A stretch of DNA of 36,670 nucleotides from Octopus bimaculoides (Eukaryota), in assembly GCF_001194135.2 (NCBI RefSeq), contig NC_068995.1, positions 5,464,957 through 5,501,626 of the forward strand. Direction: 5' to 3'. Below are positions 12,820-25,172 of this stretch, piece by piece. Position 1 is the stretch's first letter, and each line of letters begins with the position of its first letter. Below the pieces are notes generated by a model. It did no database searches, had not been told where the DNA came from, and saw nothing but the letters and a program-made list of their open reading frames with translations. Made by a program: the position numbers and the translations under genes.

Positions 12820-13547
12820 TAGGGTGTTTGGGCTAAACTTTATATATATGTATATATTACGCACAAGTACATATACAAGGATAGTTACATACATAAATAA
12901 ACATGAAGTCTTGTACCAAATGAATCTGGTTATAAGGTGAAATTGATTATCTTCGTATAGGGTGTTAGAAACTGATATTTGAACGAAGATTGTTAGTTCC
13001 TCACTATAAAAATAATGTTTATTAACTTTCATATGATAGATTAGTCGATAAATACTAAAATATTTCGAGGAAATGATATTATTTATNNNNNNNNNNNNNN
13101 NNNNNNNNNNNNNNNNNNNNNNNNNNNNNNNNNNNNNNNNNNNNNNNNNNNNNNNNNNNNNNNNNNNNNNNNNNNNNNNNNNNNNNNNNNNNNNNNNNNN
13201 NNNNNNNNNNNNNNNNNNNNNNNNNNNNNNNNNNNNNNNNNNNNNNNNNNNNNNNNNNNNNNNNNNNNNAAGAATGAGACAGAGATACATAAGTAGAATG
13301 CGAGTAGGAAAGACTAATTAATACAGAAAGTGGATTCACCTAAACCTCTGTCATTAATCTAGCACATTTACAGCTGTTTTCTGTTCTCAATTTCATGTAA
13401 TTATTATTCCTTCTATAATAAGCTCAACTCTATCTTCGACTTACACTTCAGCCAATATTCCCTCCTCTATTTTTCTCTTTCATACATACTACGTTTCCAT
13501 AATATGTTGCATATTCAGATTCCATAATTTTGACGGGTAATACGCTA

Positions 13548-13582
<35 letters not shown>

Positions 13583-14288
13583 GCCATACGCATGAAGACA
13601 ATACTATGAATACAACAAACCATAGTAGCAGAAGAATTAAAAGCTTTTACACAGCATTGATCAAAGATATTGTTGGATGTCTGAACGTGTGAATGCCATA
13701 GCAATATTCAGAAATCGTACAAAGGTTGAAATAACAATACATTAACAACAAAGCAGATTATTTTTTCCAACTATTGGAAAACGAAACGATACGAAACGAA
13801 AGGAAACCGTACGAAACGAAAGGAAAAAAAGTAAAATATTCTTTCTGATTTTCGAAATTTTCTTCAATTATTTTGAAAGCAACATACAACAATAACAACA
13901 GCAATATCTATAATATTCATATTAACACATCAGTAAGAAGAAGTTACAGGAACTTATCGAAGGCATCTGTATTAATGTCACCATTTTTTGATACGTAAAC
14001 AATGCGCAGGAAACAACATAATACAAAAAATATGACCATTTATTTACATCACGTGTTACTTCGTTTTTAATCTTAGATGTAAGGTAACGAAAGATAATTA
14101 TATATATATGTAAGACTGGAGTTGTGTGTGCATATTTGAATGTGGTATGTATTTGTGTGGGTATATATGTGTGTGTGTGTATATATATGTGTGTGTGTGT
14201 ATGTAGGTATTTGTGTGTACATAAGTCTGCGCGTGTGTATAGGTGTGTGTGTGTCCAGTTCTGTCTACATGTCTGTATATATAATGCA

Positions 14289-14331
<43 letters not shown>

Positions 14332-14416
14332 GATTTTCATTTACTTGACCATTTTTTCAAAGGAAACTCAAAACCAATTTTTTTTCTTTCAAAGAGACAA
14401 TTATTAAAGTACGTAC

Positions 14417-14485
14417 CAGTGGATACATTTAATCCTTTCCCAGGTGCGAGATTAGTAAATCCAGAAGCGATGTTAGTAAATCCGA
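14417..14485 (-). CDS. Probable internal coding exon (69 nt, phase 1-1) of an unidentified minus-strand gene: xGFTNIASGFTNLAPGKGLNVSTx
   Basis: Acceptor ttttctgttttcctattctacag, donor ACTG|gtacgt, length divisible by 3. An internal 21-nt duplication differs mostly at synonymous sites in this frame, and the other two frames contain stops. Confidence 0.55.
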
Positions 14486-14700
14486 CTGTAGAATAGGAAA
14501 ACAGAAAATATCCAGTACTCACCTGCAAACAGAATAAAAAGAAAGATATTAAAAAATATTTTAGAGGCTTCTGAAATTTGTTTTCGATATGTTATTTCAT
14601 GCGCGTACGCACACATACACATTGTTAAATTTAGAATAATTTATTATGTGAAAATTTTTTTTTATAAAAACGCAAATAAACACAAATCCGACGGAAGGAA

Positions 14701-14736
<36 letters not shown>

Positions 14737-15047
14737 TTATTTATATAGTATGAATAACATAGGAGATGGCATGTGTAATAAACTTCATATACATTTAATA
14801 CGCATTACATAAGAATTACTGATAGTTTCACGCATTTACGATACTTTAAATAGGCATATTTATGAAATACACCATGTTCGCTAAGCAATTTTTTAAGCTC
14901 TGTTTATGCGTTAGAAAACTAGAACGCTGGACAGTGAGAAAATGGAAAGAAACGCGAAGAAGTACGTGAAGAAGAACGATGCCGAAATGGTGCGAGAAGA
15001 AACAAACAAAAGCAAGAAAATCAAGAATCTACCTATATTAGATCTAC

Positions 15048-15080
<33 letters not shown>

Positions 15081-15083
<3 letters not shown>

Positions 15084-15430
15084 TATAGGAGTGGGTGTGT
15101 GGTAAGTAGCTTGCTTACCAACGACATGGTTCGAGGTTCAGTTCCACTGCGTGGCACCTTGGGTAAGTGTCTTCTACTATAGCCTCGGGTCGACCAAAGC
15201 CCGTCGTATATAGATATATATATATATCTGTGTGGATATTTGTGTTTCTCCCTCCTCCATCACTTGACAACCGATGTTGGTGTGTTCACGTCCCCGTAAC
15301 TTAGCGGTTCGGCAAAATAGACGGATAGAATAAGTAATAGGCTTACAAAGAAGAAGTCCTGGGGTCGATTTGTTTGACTAAAGGCGGTGCTCCAGCATGG
15401 CCGCAGTTAAATGACTGAAAAGAACAAAAG
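15081..15430 (+). mobile_element. tRNA-derived SINE, family B (internal microsatellite spacer)
   Basis: Head ggagtgggtgtgtggtaagtagc...ggttcagttccactgcgtggcaccttggg, TA/TG spacer, 3' end aaggcggtgctccagcatggccgcagttaaatgactgaaa. Aligns to the 31114-31556 copy. Confidence 0.9.
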
Positions 15431-17050
15431 CATATGCTTCGAGAAAGCACAACGTGAACCTGTTGCTGTTGACTCTCAGGCTGAAGAGCGTCTACAACTG
15501 TGTCTGCAGATCTTCGAGAGTATACAACAGTCATCCTCTGTAAACGCTTTTTTTTTTACAGATTGAATAATACAGAAGACTCCAAATGGTGGTAATATAC
15601 ATTTGATATATCACTATAACCAGTTCAATAAATCAATAATTGCCAAAAAAGAAAAAAGCAAACATAAAAAGCAGTGAGAGAACTCCGAATTTTTTCCTCT
15701 TCTTTCTTAATTCCTTTTTCTAGCTGATACAGCAAAAGCTAAACTGTCTGCTCAAATCAGTGACAAGTAAAGCCTGCCTTCTTTTATGTCTGCTGTCAAT
15801 AAAATCCTCCCCACCACCACCACCACAAACATACACTAAGTGAGCCATTGAATTACGAATTACACAGCTTTGTTGTGACTTACCAACGAACATTACATTT
15901 AGTATATCACCTCCTCACCTAACTTCAAGTTACCACCGGTAGAGATGTACTTCACCGTTTGGAACAGCAGGAGTACTGAAAACTTAACGAGTGTATCTTT
16001 ATTGTGTCGTATTGTGTTCTTGAGCACTTCATGTCATTGCTATATTTTAGAAAACGTTTATGTTCAGCATGGATGACCAGAATTTTTATTACATAACAAC
16101 AAGGTGACGATCACACCGTTTTCTCACAAACACACAGGCCACTACATCTTTCGTAGCTGATATACCTTCTTTCAATACATTCTCATGGATTACTTAACAC
16201 TTTATGAGGAAAGGTATCCGAAAATGGATGAACAAACGTATAGATACGACCCAATGGTTTTTAATAAGTTTCCCAAACAGACTCGATGGAGGGAAGCGAA
16301 TATTTCATATTAAGCAAACTCAGGGTTCATATCCAGTATATTTGCTTTATATATAATGACCGTGTGAAGGAGGTCGATAAAGCAAGCATAAATTGTATTA
16401 ATCGGATGATCTTTGACACACCTCTACAAATACTTGAGCCACCAAAAAAACCTTTAGATGGCGTCTCGAGTTTATAGAAATAGCAGCAAAGTCTTACTTT
16501 AACACATCCCATGTTGTAATCTAGATGATCTGAAGTAGATCCTAGAGTCGAATGTTTGAGTTTCATTTATGACACACTGAAGAGATGCCGTTGGAAGACA
16601 CAAACCATCGATCTCTGGGATATCTTTCTGCTAATCTCTTCATTTAGCTGGTGTAAGATTCTTTATACACACACAAACACGCACGCACAACAAAATTGAA
16701 GTCAACGACGTATCTAGACATAATCACTAGACTTGCTAGAAATCGTAGCCAAGACTTCCTCAAATTATGTTTCACTGTCTTAATAAAGAATGCACTTTAC
16801 GTAATATTGGACCAGTGTATACTATGTTTGAAATTATATGGTGGGGTGGTCACGTCTCCTGACAGGCTCAATAAAAACTTACTCGCGGTTAAAAAATATA
16901 GACATGCACATATTTAAACGATCTCAAACACACATTAAATACACATACATATTTATACAACAAACGTCCACCCATTTTTATTCAAATCACTTCCAAGAAA
17001 AATCTCATTTCGTAGAATATCGATAACTTAAATTGCCGAGAGGTGAAGAA

Positions 17051-17091
17051 AGTCTATCGTTTCAGATATTTCGTTTTCTTCGTCAGAGATT
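17051..17091 (-). ncRNA. Degenerate type I hammerhead-like motif
   Basis: AAUCU-CUGACGA-AGA-(10 nt)-UCU-GAAACGAU/AGACU. Helix I pairs at 4 of 5 positions, helix II is 3 bp, both cores are intact, but U16.1 is replaced by A. Confidence 0.45.
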
Positions 17092-17237
17092 AGAGACAGG
17101 ATAAAAGAGCAGTATAAGGTGGCTATAAGCATAGATTTTGTACTTTAGATTATCTACTGGACTACACATTACAACGGTGGAGTCTTTACAGTCTTTATTC
17201 TGTGCTATTAAGATTAGCAAATGATTATATCTAATTT

Positions 17238-17241
<4 letters not shown>

Positions 17242-17302
<61 letters not shown>

Positions 17303-17545
17303 TTTCTTTATGGTGTTTATCGCTTCTTGATATGATTTTAGTAATATTAACGTTTCGTCTGTATTGCAGAAGCGAGCAAAATTTTATTACTCTATCTACG
17401 TGTGATGATAATGGTGATGGTGAGAAGAGATGATGATTACGACCATGGTGGTGATTGTACTGATGATGACAGTGATGATGCTGGAGGAGGAGGAGGAGGA
17501 GCGATGATGCCATTGAGGAGAATGTTGTTGTTGTTGTTGTTGTTA
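17242..17545. repeat. (TA)n followed by degenerate (GAT)/(GAG)/(GTT) arrays
   Basis: Direct reading. Confidence 0.9.
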
Positions 17546-17673
17546 TATAAGTATTGATATAGAGAAAAGCCTGCATGGATCAAACAAAGTCACAGAACGC
17601 TGTAAAGTTGTGATAAAGTTATACTTATATGTCATTAGCGCCAGCCTGATGTTTAATTATGAAGTCGGTTATT

Positions 17674-17715
<42 letters not shown>

Positions 17716-17725
17716 NNNNNNNNNN

Positions 17726-17766
<41 letters not shown>

Positions 17767-19639
17767 TATGCTTCCCAATAGTGTTGACGGAGGGAACTGA
17801 CTGGAATTGTGTTACATAATAGGGTCTTTAGAATTCTGTAATTAACTGTACTTGATTTTGTGAAACACATGTGAATTATATTTATATAAAGCTGAAACAC
17901 CATTTTCGTTTTCTGTGTTCCTTTTCTGTATATGTCTTTATGTATAGATATATATAGCTGCAGTCAAACATTAGACTGATGGACCACTCAATATCTTTTG
18001 GTAGAATGAGACATATCAACTTTAAAAGAAAGTCGTTGACAGTGACATCGAAGCTTGGATTATGTAAATATCATACGCTACACAGCCTTCAGTCCAATGA
18101 AGGGATATATACCAAATTGCACTTGAGAAATATAAGTCAGTCCCCGTTTGAACTCCTTTGATTATTGATGTTTGGAATTATGGCTGACCAAAAGAGAAGA
18201 AGAGGAAAAAAATGCTCCGACAAAGATATTCCCCGCCACTAGTCCCACTGCCTCAGCTGCAGTTGTGACCAGTCAGGAAGCAGAACTCGAGCAAAATGTT
18301 AATTTTCAATTTTGATGAAATATGCATTATATTTGTACCCAGTCTTTTGTATATACAGTTCTGTTTCAGATGCTTGCACCCTGCATTTTAACATACACCA
18401 GAGTATGTTTTAACAATTCCTACATTGTTATATATATCACGTAAATAGAATTTATTATGTCTCTGGTACCCAACGTTTCTTGCTGACAAAGATCAACAAT
18501 TTATAAATGTAAAAATACGAATAATATACCACCATGAACAGATGGTATTGTAGAATGTTTTGGTCATGATATCATACATTATAGAGACTACTACCCGGAT
18601 GATATTTTTGGCCAAGTCCATATTACTAACTGATAGTATGGGAGACATTGTCAGTGCTAACTCAGTAGATTTTTGTTTTGTATGTTTGTATGTATGTGTG
18701 TGTATATAAGAATAGTTTAATTCTGCCTCATTGAATACGTGTACGAATACGTGCATTTGCGTAGCTAGAGTGAGAGTGGAATGTCTGTGGGTGGGTGTAG
18801 CTATGCGCATGTGCGGGAAATATTTTCACTTAATGTTATTAATTATTACATAGAAATCAAGTGCCTACAGGTTTCAGAAGCTTTTTTTTTATATATCGAG
18901 AAAGAGAGAGAACGAGAGGGATACAAAGTGAGACAGATGCATGGATGTAGAGATGTATAGGTGAAGAGGCGGCAAGGCAAGTGATGAGCAAGGTTGGAAA
19001 AGTTGAGGAGAAAGTGAGGGTTAAGTGTAAGTGCGAGTGTGCGCGCATGTGTGAGTGTGTGTGTGCACGTTGTGAGAGTTTGTGTGTGTGTTTCAGAATA
19101 ATACGTTAAAGCAAGCCCACACACACACACAAAAAAAAAAAAATAGAAATCAAAGAAACATCTACTGATGGGGTGGGGGGTTCAGTATGAAAGATAAAGT
19201 CACACCTCATGAAAATCCAATCCCGAGATTATTGGAGCCATCAGGCGAACAAAGTCATAACGAATATATATATATATATATATACATGCATATGCTCNNN
19301 NNNNNNNNNNNNNNNNNNNNNNNNNNNNNNNNNNNNNNNNNNNNNNNNNNNNNNNNNNNNNNNNNNNNNNNNNNNNNNATATATATATATATATATACAC
19401 ACACATACACACACACCTCTTTCTGCACTCACGTAGAATTTCCCTTAAAAATGTATACCTGAGGTATTTTGAGAAATGTGTGTGTGTGTGTACATACACA
19501 TATATGTGCGTGTGTGTTTGTGTATATTGGTTTCTGCATCTATATGTATATAAGTGAGAAGAGACAGAGTTGAAGACAGTGAGAGCGTGAGATAAAGATG
19601 GAGATAAAATATATGTAAGGGAAAAAAAACTTTGAGAAG

Positions 19640-20025
19640 AAAGAGAGTCATGGAAAAGCAACAAGAGACAGCAGAAAGTCGGATAAAGAGAAAGAGGGAA
19701 GAGAGAGAGAGAAAGAGAGAGAGAGAAAGAGAGAGAGGCGGGGGTTAGACCTGTAGATAAGAAGGAACTTATAGGAGAAGATACTAGAAATAGGAGGAAG
19801 TGAGGTGGAGGATGAGATGAAAATGTGAAAAAAATAAAAAAAGAAATAGTGGTGTACAGACAGAGCGAAAGATAGATAAAGAGTGATAAAGGGAAAGGAA
19901 AGAAGAAGGTAGACTCTGCTTGTTCTCCAAAGAATCTTCGTCAGTGCCCAAAGACAGGACAATGGACCAATCTGAGAGTAGTGGAAGAAGGGAGAAGATG
20001 AAGAAAAAGAAGAAGAAGAAAAAGA
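19640..20025. repeat. Purine-rich (GA/GAA) low-complexity tract
   Basis: Strong strand asymmetry. The 19907-19949 motif is embedded in it. Confidence 0.85.
19907..19949 (-). ncRNA. Degenerate type I hammerhead-like motif
   Basis: GGGCA-CUGACGA-AGA-UUCU-uugg-AGAA-CAAGC-AGA-GUC/UACCU. Helix I pairs at 4 of 5 positions and a GUC triplet is present, but the GAAA core is eroded. It shares tcctgtct-N7-CTGACGAAGA with the 17.07 kb motif. Confidence 0.35.
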
Positions 20026-20259
20026 CATCTCGTTATTTGATTAAGTCAATTTTCTGACAGCAACACGGTTAACCGTGTGTAGAATATTGCTTTGGTTGTT
20101 GTTGATGCATCGCTAACATTAAATAATTTAATTAAATAAACACGAGTTCGAGTTTTTCTACATCTCAAGGTGTGCCAACATGCGTTTCTGCTCATTGTTT
20201 TTTGGGGGTTTTTTTTGCCTTTCGTTTAGTTCGCCATATTTCTCTCAGCGCAATATGGA

Positions 20260-20506
20260 GGAATAATAATAATAATAATAATATCAACAACAACAACAAA
20301 AATAATAATAATAATTCCTATCATTATTACTATTATTATATTTCCTATATGAATCTTATTAGCGCTATATCATCATCATCATCATTATTATTATTATTAC
20401 TATTTCTCATTCTCATCCCATCATTATTAACATTATCATGATAAAAGTCAACAACATCAGAATCATCATTAGGAATAGTAATGATGATGATGATGATGAC
20501 AATGAC

Positions 20507-20541
<35 letters not shown>

Positions 20542-20570
20542 CCAGCACCACCCCCACCACTACCATCCTT
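20260..20570. repeat. Compound (AAT)/(AAC)/(TAT)/(CAT)/(GAT) arrays
   Basis: Direct reading. Confidence 0.95.
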
Positions 20571-20951
20571 CAATGATCAGGTGCTACGTCTTCACATTCG
20601 TTATGTTTCTGCTCGACGCTGCTTTTTTCTTCGTTCGAATTTCTTTCTTCTAATATCTTTGAGTAGCTGTCCTGTCGCTGTATCTTTGCTTTTGTTACAT
20701 TTTTCATTTATTCACGTAGTTGTTTATAATTCTCTCCAATGTTTTATTTTGTGTGTATTTCCATTACTGATTCTCTGGTGTCAGGTGTGTAAGTTGTACT
20801 AATAGTCTGAGACTCTCGTCTATACAACATCTTCTATTTTTGCTCAAGTTACCATTTATAATAAAAGGTATTTTAACCCTTTGTAAAATATTCCTTCACT
20901 ACAATAACAAAACAAATGTTATCTCTCACTGAAATAATGGTTTCAGATTTT

Positions 20952-21116
20952 TGCACAAGGCCAGCGAGTTCGGGGGTGGGGGTAAGTCGATTACATCGAC
21001 CCCAGTGCTCAACTGGTATTTATTTTATCGACCCCGAAAGAATGAAAGGCAAAGTCGACCTCGGCAGGAATTTGAACTCAGAACGTCTAGATAGACGAAG
21101 TGCCGCTAAGAAATTT
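20952..21116 (-). mobile_element. SINE family A
   Basis: Clear match to the other copies, 5'-truncated. Confidence 0.9.
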
Positions 21117-21184
21117 GAACGAAGAACAAAGCAGCGTGAAGCAGAAACATAACGAATGTGAAGACATGGCACCTGATTATTGAA

Positions 21185-21214
21185 GGATGGTAGCGGTAGT
21201 GGTGGTGGTGCTGG

Positions 21215-21272
<58 letters not shown>
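21185..21272. repeat. (GGT)n(GAT)n
   Basis: Direct reading. Confidence 0.95.
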
Positions 21273-21273
<1 letters not shown>

Positions 21274-21384
21274 ATTGCCCAATGTCCTGACGATTTTGTC
21301 CGCTCACCACTTTTCTCTCACTGAAATTGTGACTCGTGCCGCTGCGTTGATAATCACCACAAATAATATGAGCCAACGAAAGAA

Positions 21385-21565
21385 CCGCCACTTCGTCGTT
21401 CAATCTGGTAGAAATAGCTGCGAAATATCCCTTGAATGAAACCCTATTTTTTAGAGGAAGGAATCTTGATACATTATATCTGAAACTTGTAGTCGTGGTT
21501 ATGTCTGGAAACACTAATCATATGTCTTCTCGATCAGGGCTTACTTGGAGTTAATCAATAGCAAG
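21385..21565 (+). repeat. Dispersed repeat family C
   Basis: gttcaatctggtagaaatagctgcgaaatatccc...ggttatgtctggaa...gatcagggct. Confidence 0.5.
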
Positions 21566-22339
21566 AATCACAATGAAGTGGTCCAAGCAATCAAATATAT
21601 TCTATGAGAAAATTGTTTTGTTTTAAAGGGAAAACAGAAACTGTTCGTTAAAGAAAGTGTTGCGTGGAGGGAAGTAGGATGTTGTGATGTTGTGTAGGAC
21701 TAGAATGGAATGGAAAACTGGAATTGTTGGAAGTGAGAATCATAAACGGATTGTGGGATTAAATGAACCAGCAACAATTTGTCTCTACTTGTTCGATACG
21801 AGACCTACTTTTATCCATACAACAAAAGAAGTTGTATGGAACTTACAAGATTTTTCTATCATGCTAGCGAGGAACCTCTTATCAACTAGATGAAATAACT
21901 CATTCCCATTCACATTCTATCACCTTAAAAATATGAAAGGCACACATGAAATCAAAAACATATACCTGAGAAACCGAAGAGTGATATTATTTTCACATTT
22001 TAGAGGTATGTATAATCAATGGAGATAATCTCTGATTGTGTTTTCAGTTTCAGATGAATTAAGGCCAACGCTGACCTCATTGGCATTTGAACTGATGCCA
22101 TAAACGAACGTTAGGAAATGTCGTAGGTCGTGTAAAACGATGTTGCGCCTATTCTTCCAATTATTCAGTGTTAGTTTATAAGCAACCAAGGAGACAAGAA
22201 GACAACCCACGTATATTTCATTTAATGAGAAAATCTGTTACCTGTTACAACTGTATGAAGTAGATGAGATATTCTAAAAGATTCTCTTGGAATCATAGAA
22301 GTTAGAAGACCTTTGATTATATCGACCTTTGAAATTGAC

Positions 22340-22445
22340 ACACGACTGTACAGTTTGGCGGATGGTATAATCTATTTACCGACACTGGAAAAAAACTAAA
22401 AGGCAAATTGACTCCAGCAGCGATTGAACTCCGTAAATAAAGGGA
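22340..22445 (-). mobile_element. SINE family A, highly degenerate
   Basis: tatttaccgacactgg...aaaaggcaaattgactccagcagcgattgaactc. Confidence 0.45.
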
Positions 22446-22584
22446 CATAACAAAGATATCCCCATCTGCTTCTGTCAACGTCCAGCTTCATACCCAACCA
22501 AACCTTTTGTATATGTGTACCTGTGTTTGTAAGAAGTAGGACTGTTTCTAATGTAGGCACAGCACCAGCTGTTTGAAAGAGTTT

Positions 22585-22745
22585 GCTTAATCGATGCCAT
22601 CGTCCCCGTTACTAGATTGTACTGTACTTTATCATCCTCAAAAGGATGAAAGGCAGAGTTGACCAGCATGGGATTTGAACTCAGTATTTAAAAAATCGAA
22701 ACAATTATTGCAGCACAAAATCTGTGACGCTCTAACGATTCCGCT
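22585..22745 (-). mobile_element. SINE family A, degenerate
   Basis: aaaggatgaaaggcagagttgaccagcatgggatttgaactcag...ctaacgattccgc. Confidence 0.7.
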
Positions 22746-23858
22746 ATACTCATATAAGTACAAATATTAGCAAGTGTATATATTAGCAAATGTATATATA
22801 TTTATACAGACGGATTTATTTATTCTGCCCAGAATATAGAATTCAGACTAGACTGTTCTGGAAAAACTATGAATTAATATTTCGTAAATTGATATTAAAC
22901 ATATAAACAGATTTAACATCACACATACACACAATCCTGCATATACGTACTCAACTCCAAGAACATAGATGTACGTATGTTCACATATAATCATACACAC
23001 ACAACACATATTTACATTGCTTTCCAGTTTGGAAAAGAAACATGCAAAACGTACACATAAATCACACATACAGATAAACATTTAAAGATACACAAACTCG
23101 GCCAGATTATATACACAGCAAACACACAATCATATAAACCATATCTTTCATACACACAAACGGAAATAGAAGTGCTCTTTGGTGAAGAATACAGCACCAT
23201 GTCCAATAAGTATATGTAACTTAAGACACAATGCCACACACACACACACAAACACACGCACACACACACACACACACACACAGTCACACGCATATGTATA
23301 TGTGTGTGTAGATATAAGCAAATGTGGCTTCCTTTTTTCGATTTTATTTTCTTTTAAACTGCTTCGGGAAACAAAACACCGTCCATAAAAAGGAGATAAA
23401 ATAGCTGAAAAGGAAAAAAAATGCAAATTGACGTAAGTACCGAAATAAATAGTATTTCAGCTTCCCGCCTCATCCCTCACACTTCAGCGGACCATTCTTC
23501 GGTTTTATGATTTGGTGTTTCCTACATCCATATCTCATATTTTTCTATTTTCCCCCTAAGAAACAAAGCATAATATAATTTCTACTACCCTGGAATTTTT
23601 TTTTTGCAGTAAAAAAGAGAATGAAATATATATAAAAAAAATGTTTTGGTAATAAATAAATACTTGAATATGTGTAGTTTTGTGGTAATTTGAAGAGAAC
23701 TGAAAATTGAAATAAAAATTCGGTGTTAGAAGTATGTTTTACAACAAATAAAAGAAACAGTGGAGGTGAAGAGACGAATTTGTTCTTCTGTTGGAGGTGT
23801 ATAGAGGCAGATGTAAGTTTATCATACAAAAGGTAATCAAGATATAGCCATATAAAAT

Positions 23859-23893
<35 letters not shown>

Positions 23894-23898
<5 letters not shown>

Positions 23899-24390
23899 GA
23901 TCAATAAGTATCCGGACTGTTGCCATAGTTACGAAGCTAAACCACGCAGACTGACGCCACTTGGTAAGGACTGACTTTGAACTCTGCTGTGCATGCGCAG
24001 TAAGTTTTAACGTTCTAGCTCACTTTCACTGTTTACACCAGTTCTTGGAAGGAAGGTGTGTAGCGTGTGATCGTCCCATTGAACATGACAGAAAGTTAAG
24101 CAGAGAATCTGCGTCAATTTTTTCCAAATGCTTGGTGATACCTGCTAAGAGGCCAATGCAAAGTTTTCAAAAAGTTTTCATCGTTCTCGACACATTCAAG
24201 GATATCTTGTGTAACTGCAGGCGAGTGTCCTTTTGGTCAGCTGAAAGCAGTTTTGGCACAAACTTGGCCGACGCGCGTCTCATACTCAAATCTTCAATGA
24301 CAATGAACTCAAATGAACCGTAACTAATCTGCACACCCTCTGATGGTGATTCTCTGAACCACTCGTACACTTGTACGCGTCCCCCTGGCA
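23894..24390 (-). mobile_element. Mariner-like transposon, internally deleted remnant
   Basis: Minus translation RVQVYEWF...ISYGSFEFIVIEDLSMRRASAKFVPKLLSADQKDTR, then +1 frame LECVENDENFLK. This includes the mariner linker equivalent to WVPHEL. It jumps almost directly to the 3' end and a TIR-like gtctgatcaataagtatccggactg next to (TA)n. Confidence 0.85.
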
Positions 24391-25121
24391 GAGTATTGAG
24401 CACACATAGATACACACTCACGCACTCGCCCCCACACACACACTTCTCTCTACTGAAATCATTCTGTCGAAATTATGTTTCCACATAAACCATTTCATCA
24501 CTCTACCACGATAGTTGTTATTTCATAGTAACTGACTTGAAGCACCAGAATATAGTTACTCGTAAATCTCGTAACTTACAGTTTCTGCCTTCTGAGTCAC
24601 TATACGAACTGTGTTATTTATACTCAAATTCAGATAAAGAGTACACTTTCTCCCTTTTGTTATCACTACTATATAAAAATGTGTACGTACACACTCACAC
24701 AAACACTCAGGTATGTATGTTCAGATGTACGCACATATGTTATGTGCTATAAATTTTAAAAATATGCTTTAACATTCTGAAGACTAAGTATATTTATAAC
24801 AGAGAGCTTTTTTGTGACTGAAATATTTTGGTATAATAATAGAAAAGAGTAGAGAATTTATAGTCCAATTCCAATTCGAGAGAAAATTATTGAGGAAAAA
24901 AATCGAAATTTTATAACTATTGGAAAATGCTGAGATTAAATAGTTGAAACCCAGAGGAAAATCAAAGGAAAATTTCTGCATTTTATAACTATGTCGAACA
25001 CTTTGACTCGTATATCTGATTGAAAAATGTTTTTATTTTTGACATCACGGGTGTGTTGGTATAGGAGGTTTAATTTTTTTTACATTATACATAAATTTAT
25101 ACACACACACACACACACATT

Positions 25122-25172
<51 letters not shown>

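Noticed and set aside
16577-16642. CTGAAGA-GATG...CATC and a 9-bp inverted repeat
   Set aside because: GATC stands in place of GAAA, and a 9-bp stem is within chance expectation.
18745-18808. 17-bp imperfect hairpin as a pre-miRNA
   Set aside because: It relies on four G-U pairs in alternating purine-pyrimidine sequence, and the 30-nt loop and short stem do not fit a pre-miRNA.
23380-23440. Strong minus-strand acceptor at 23405
   Set aside because: No convincing donor downstream; the frame runs into a (CA)n tract.
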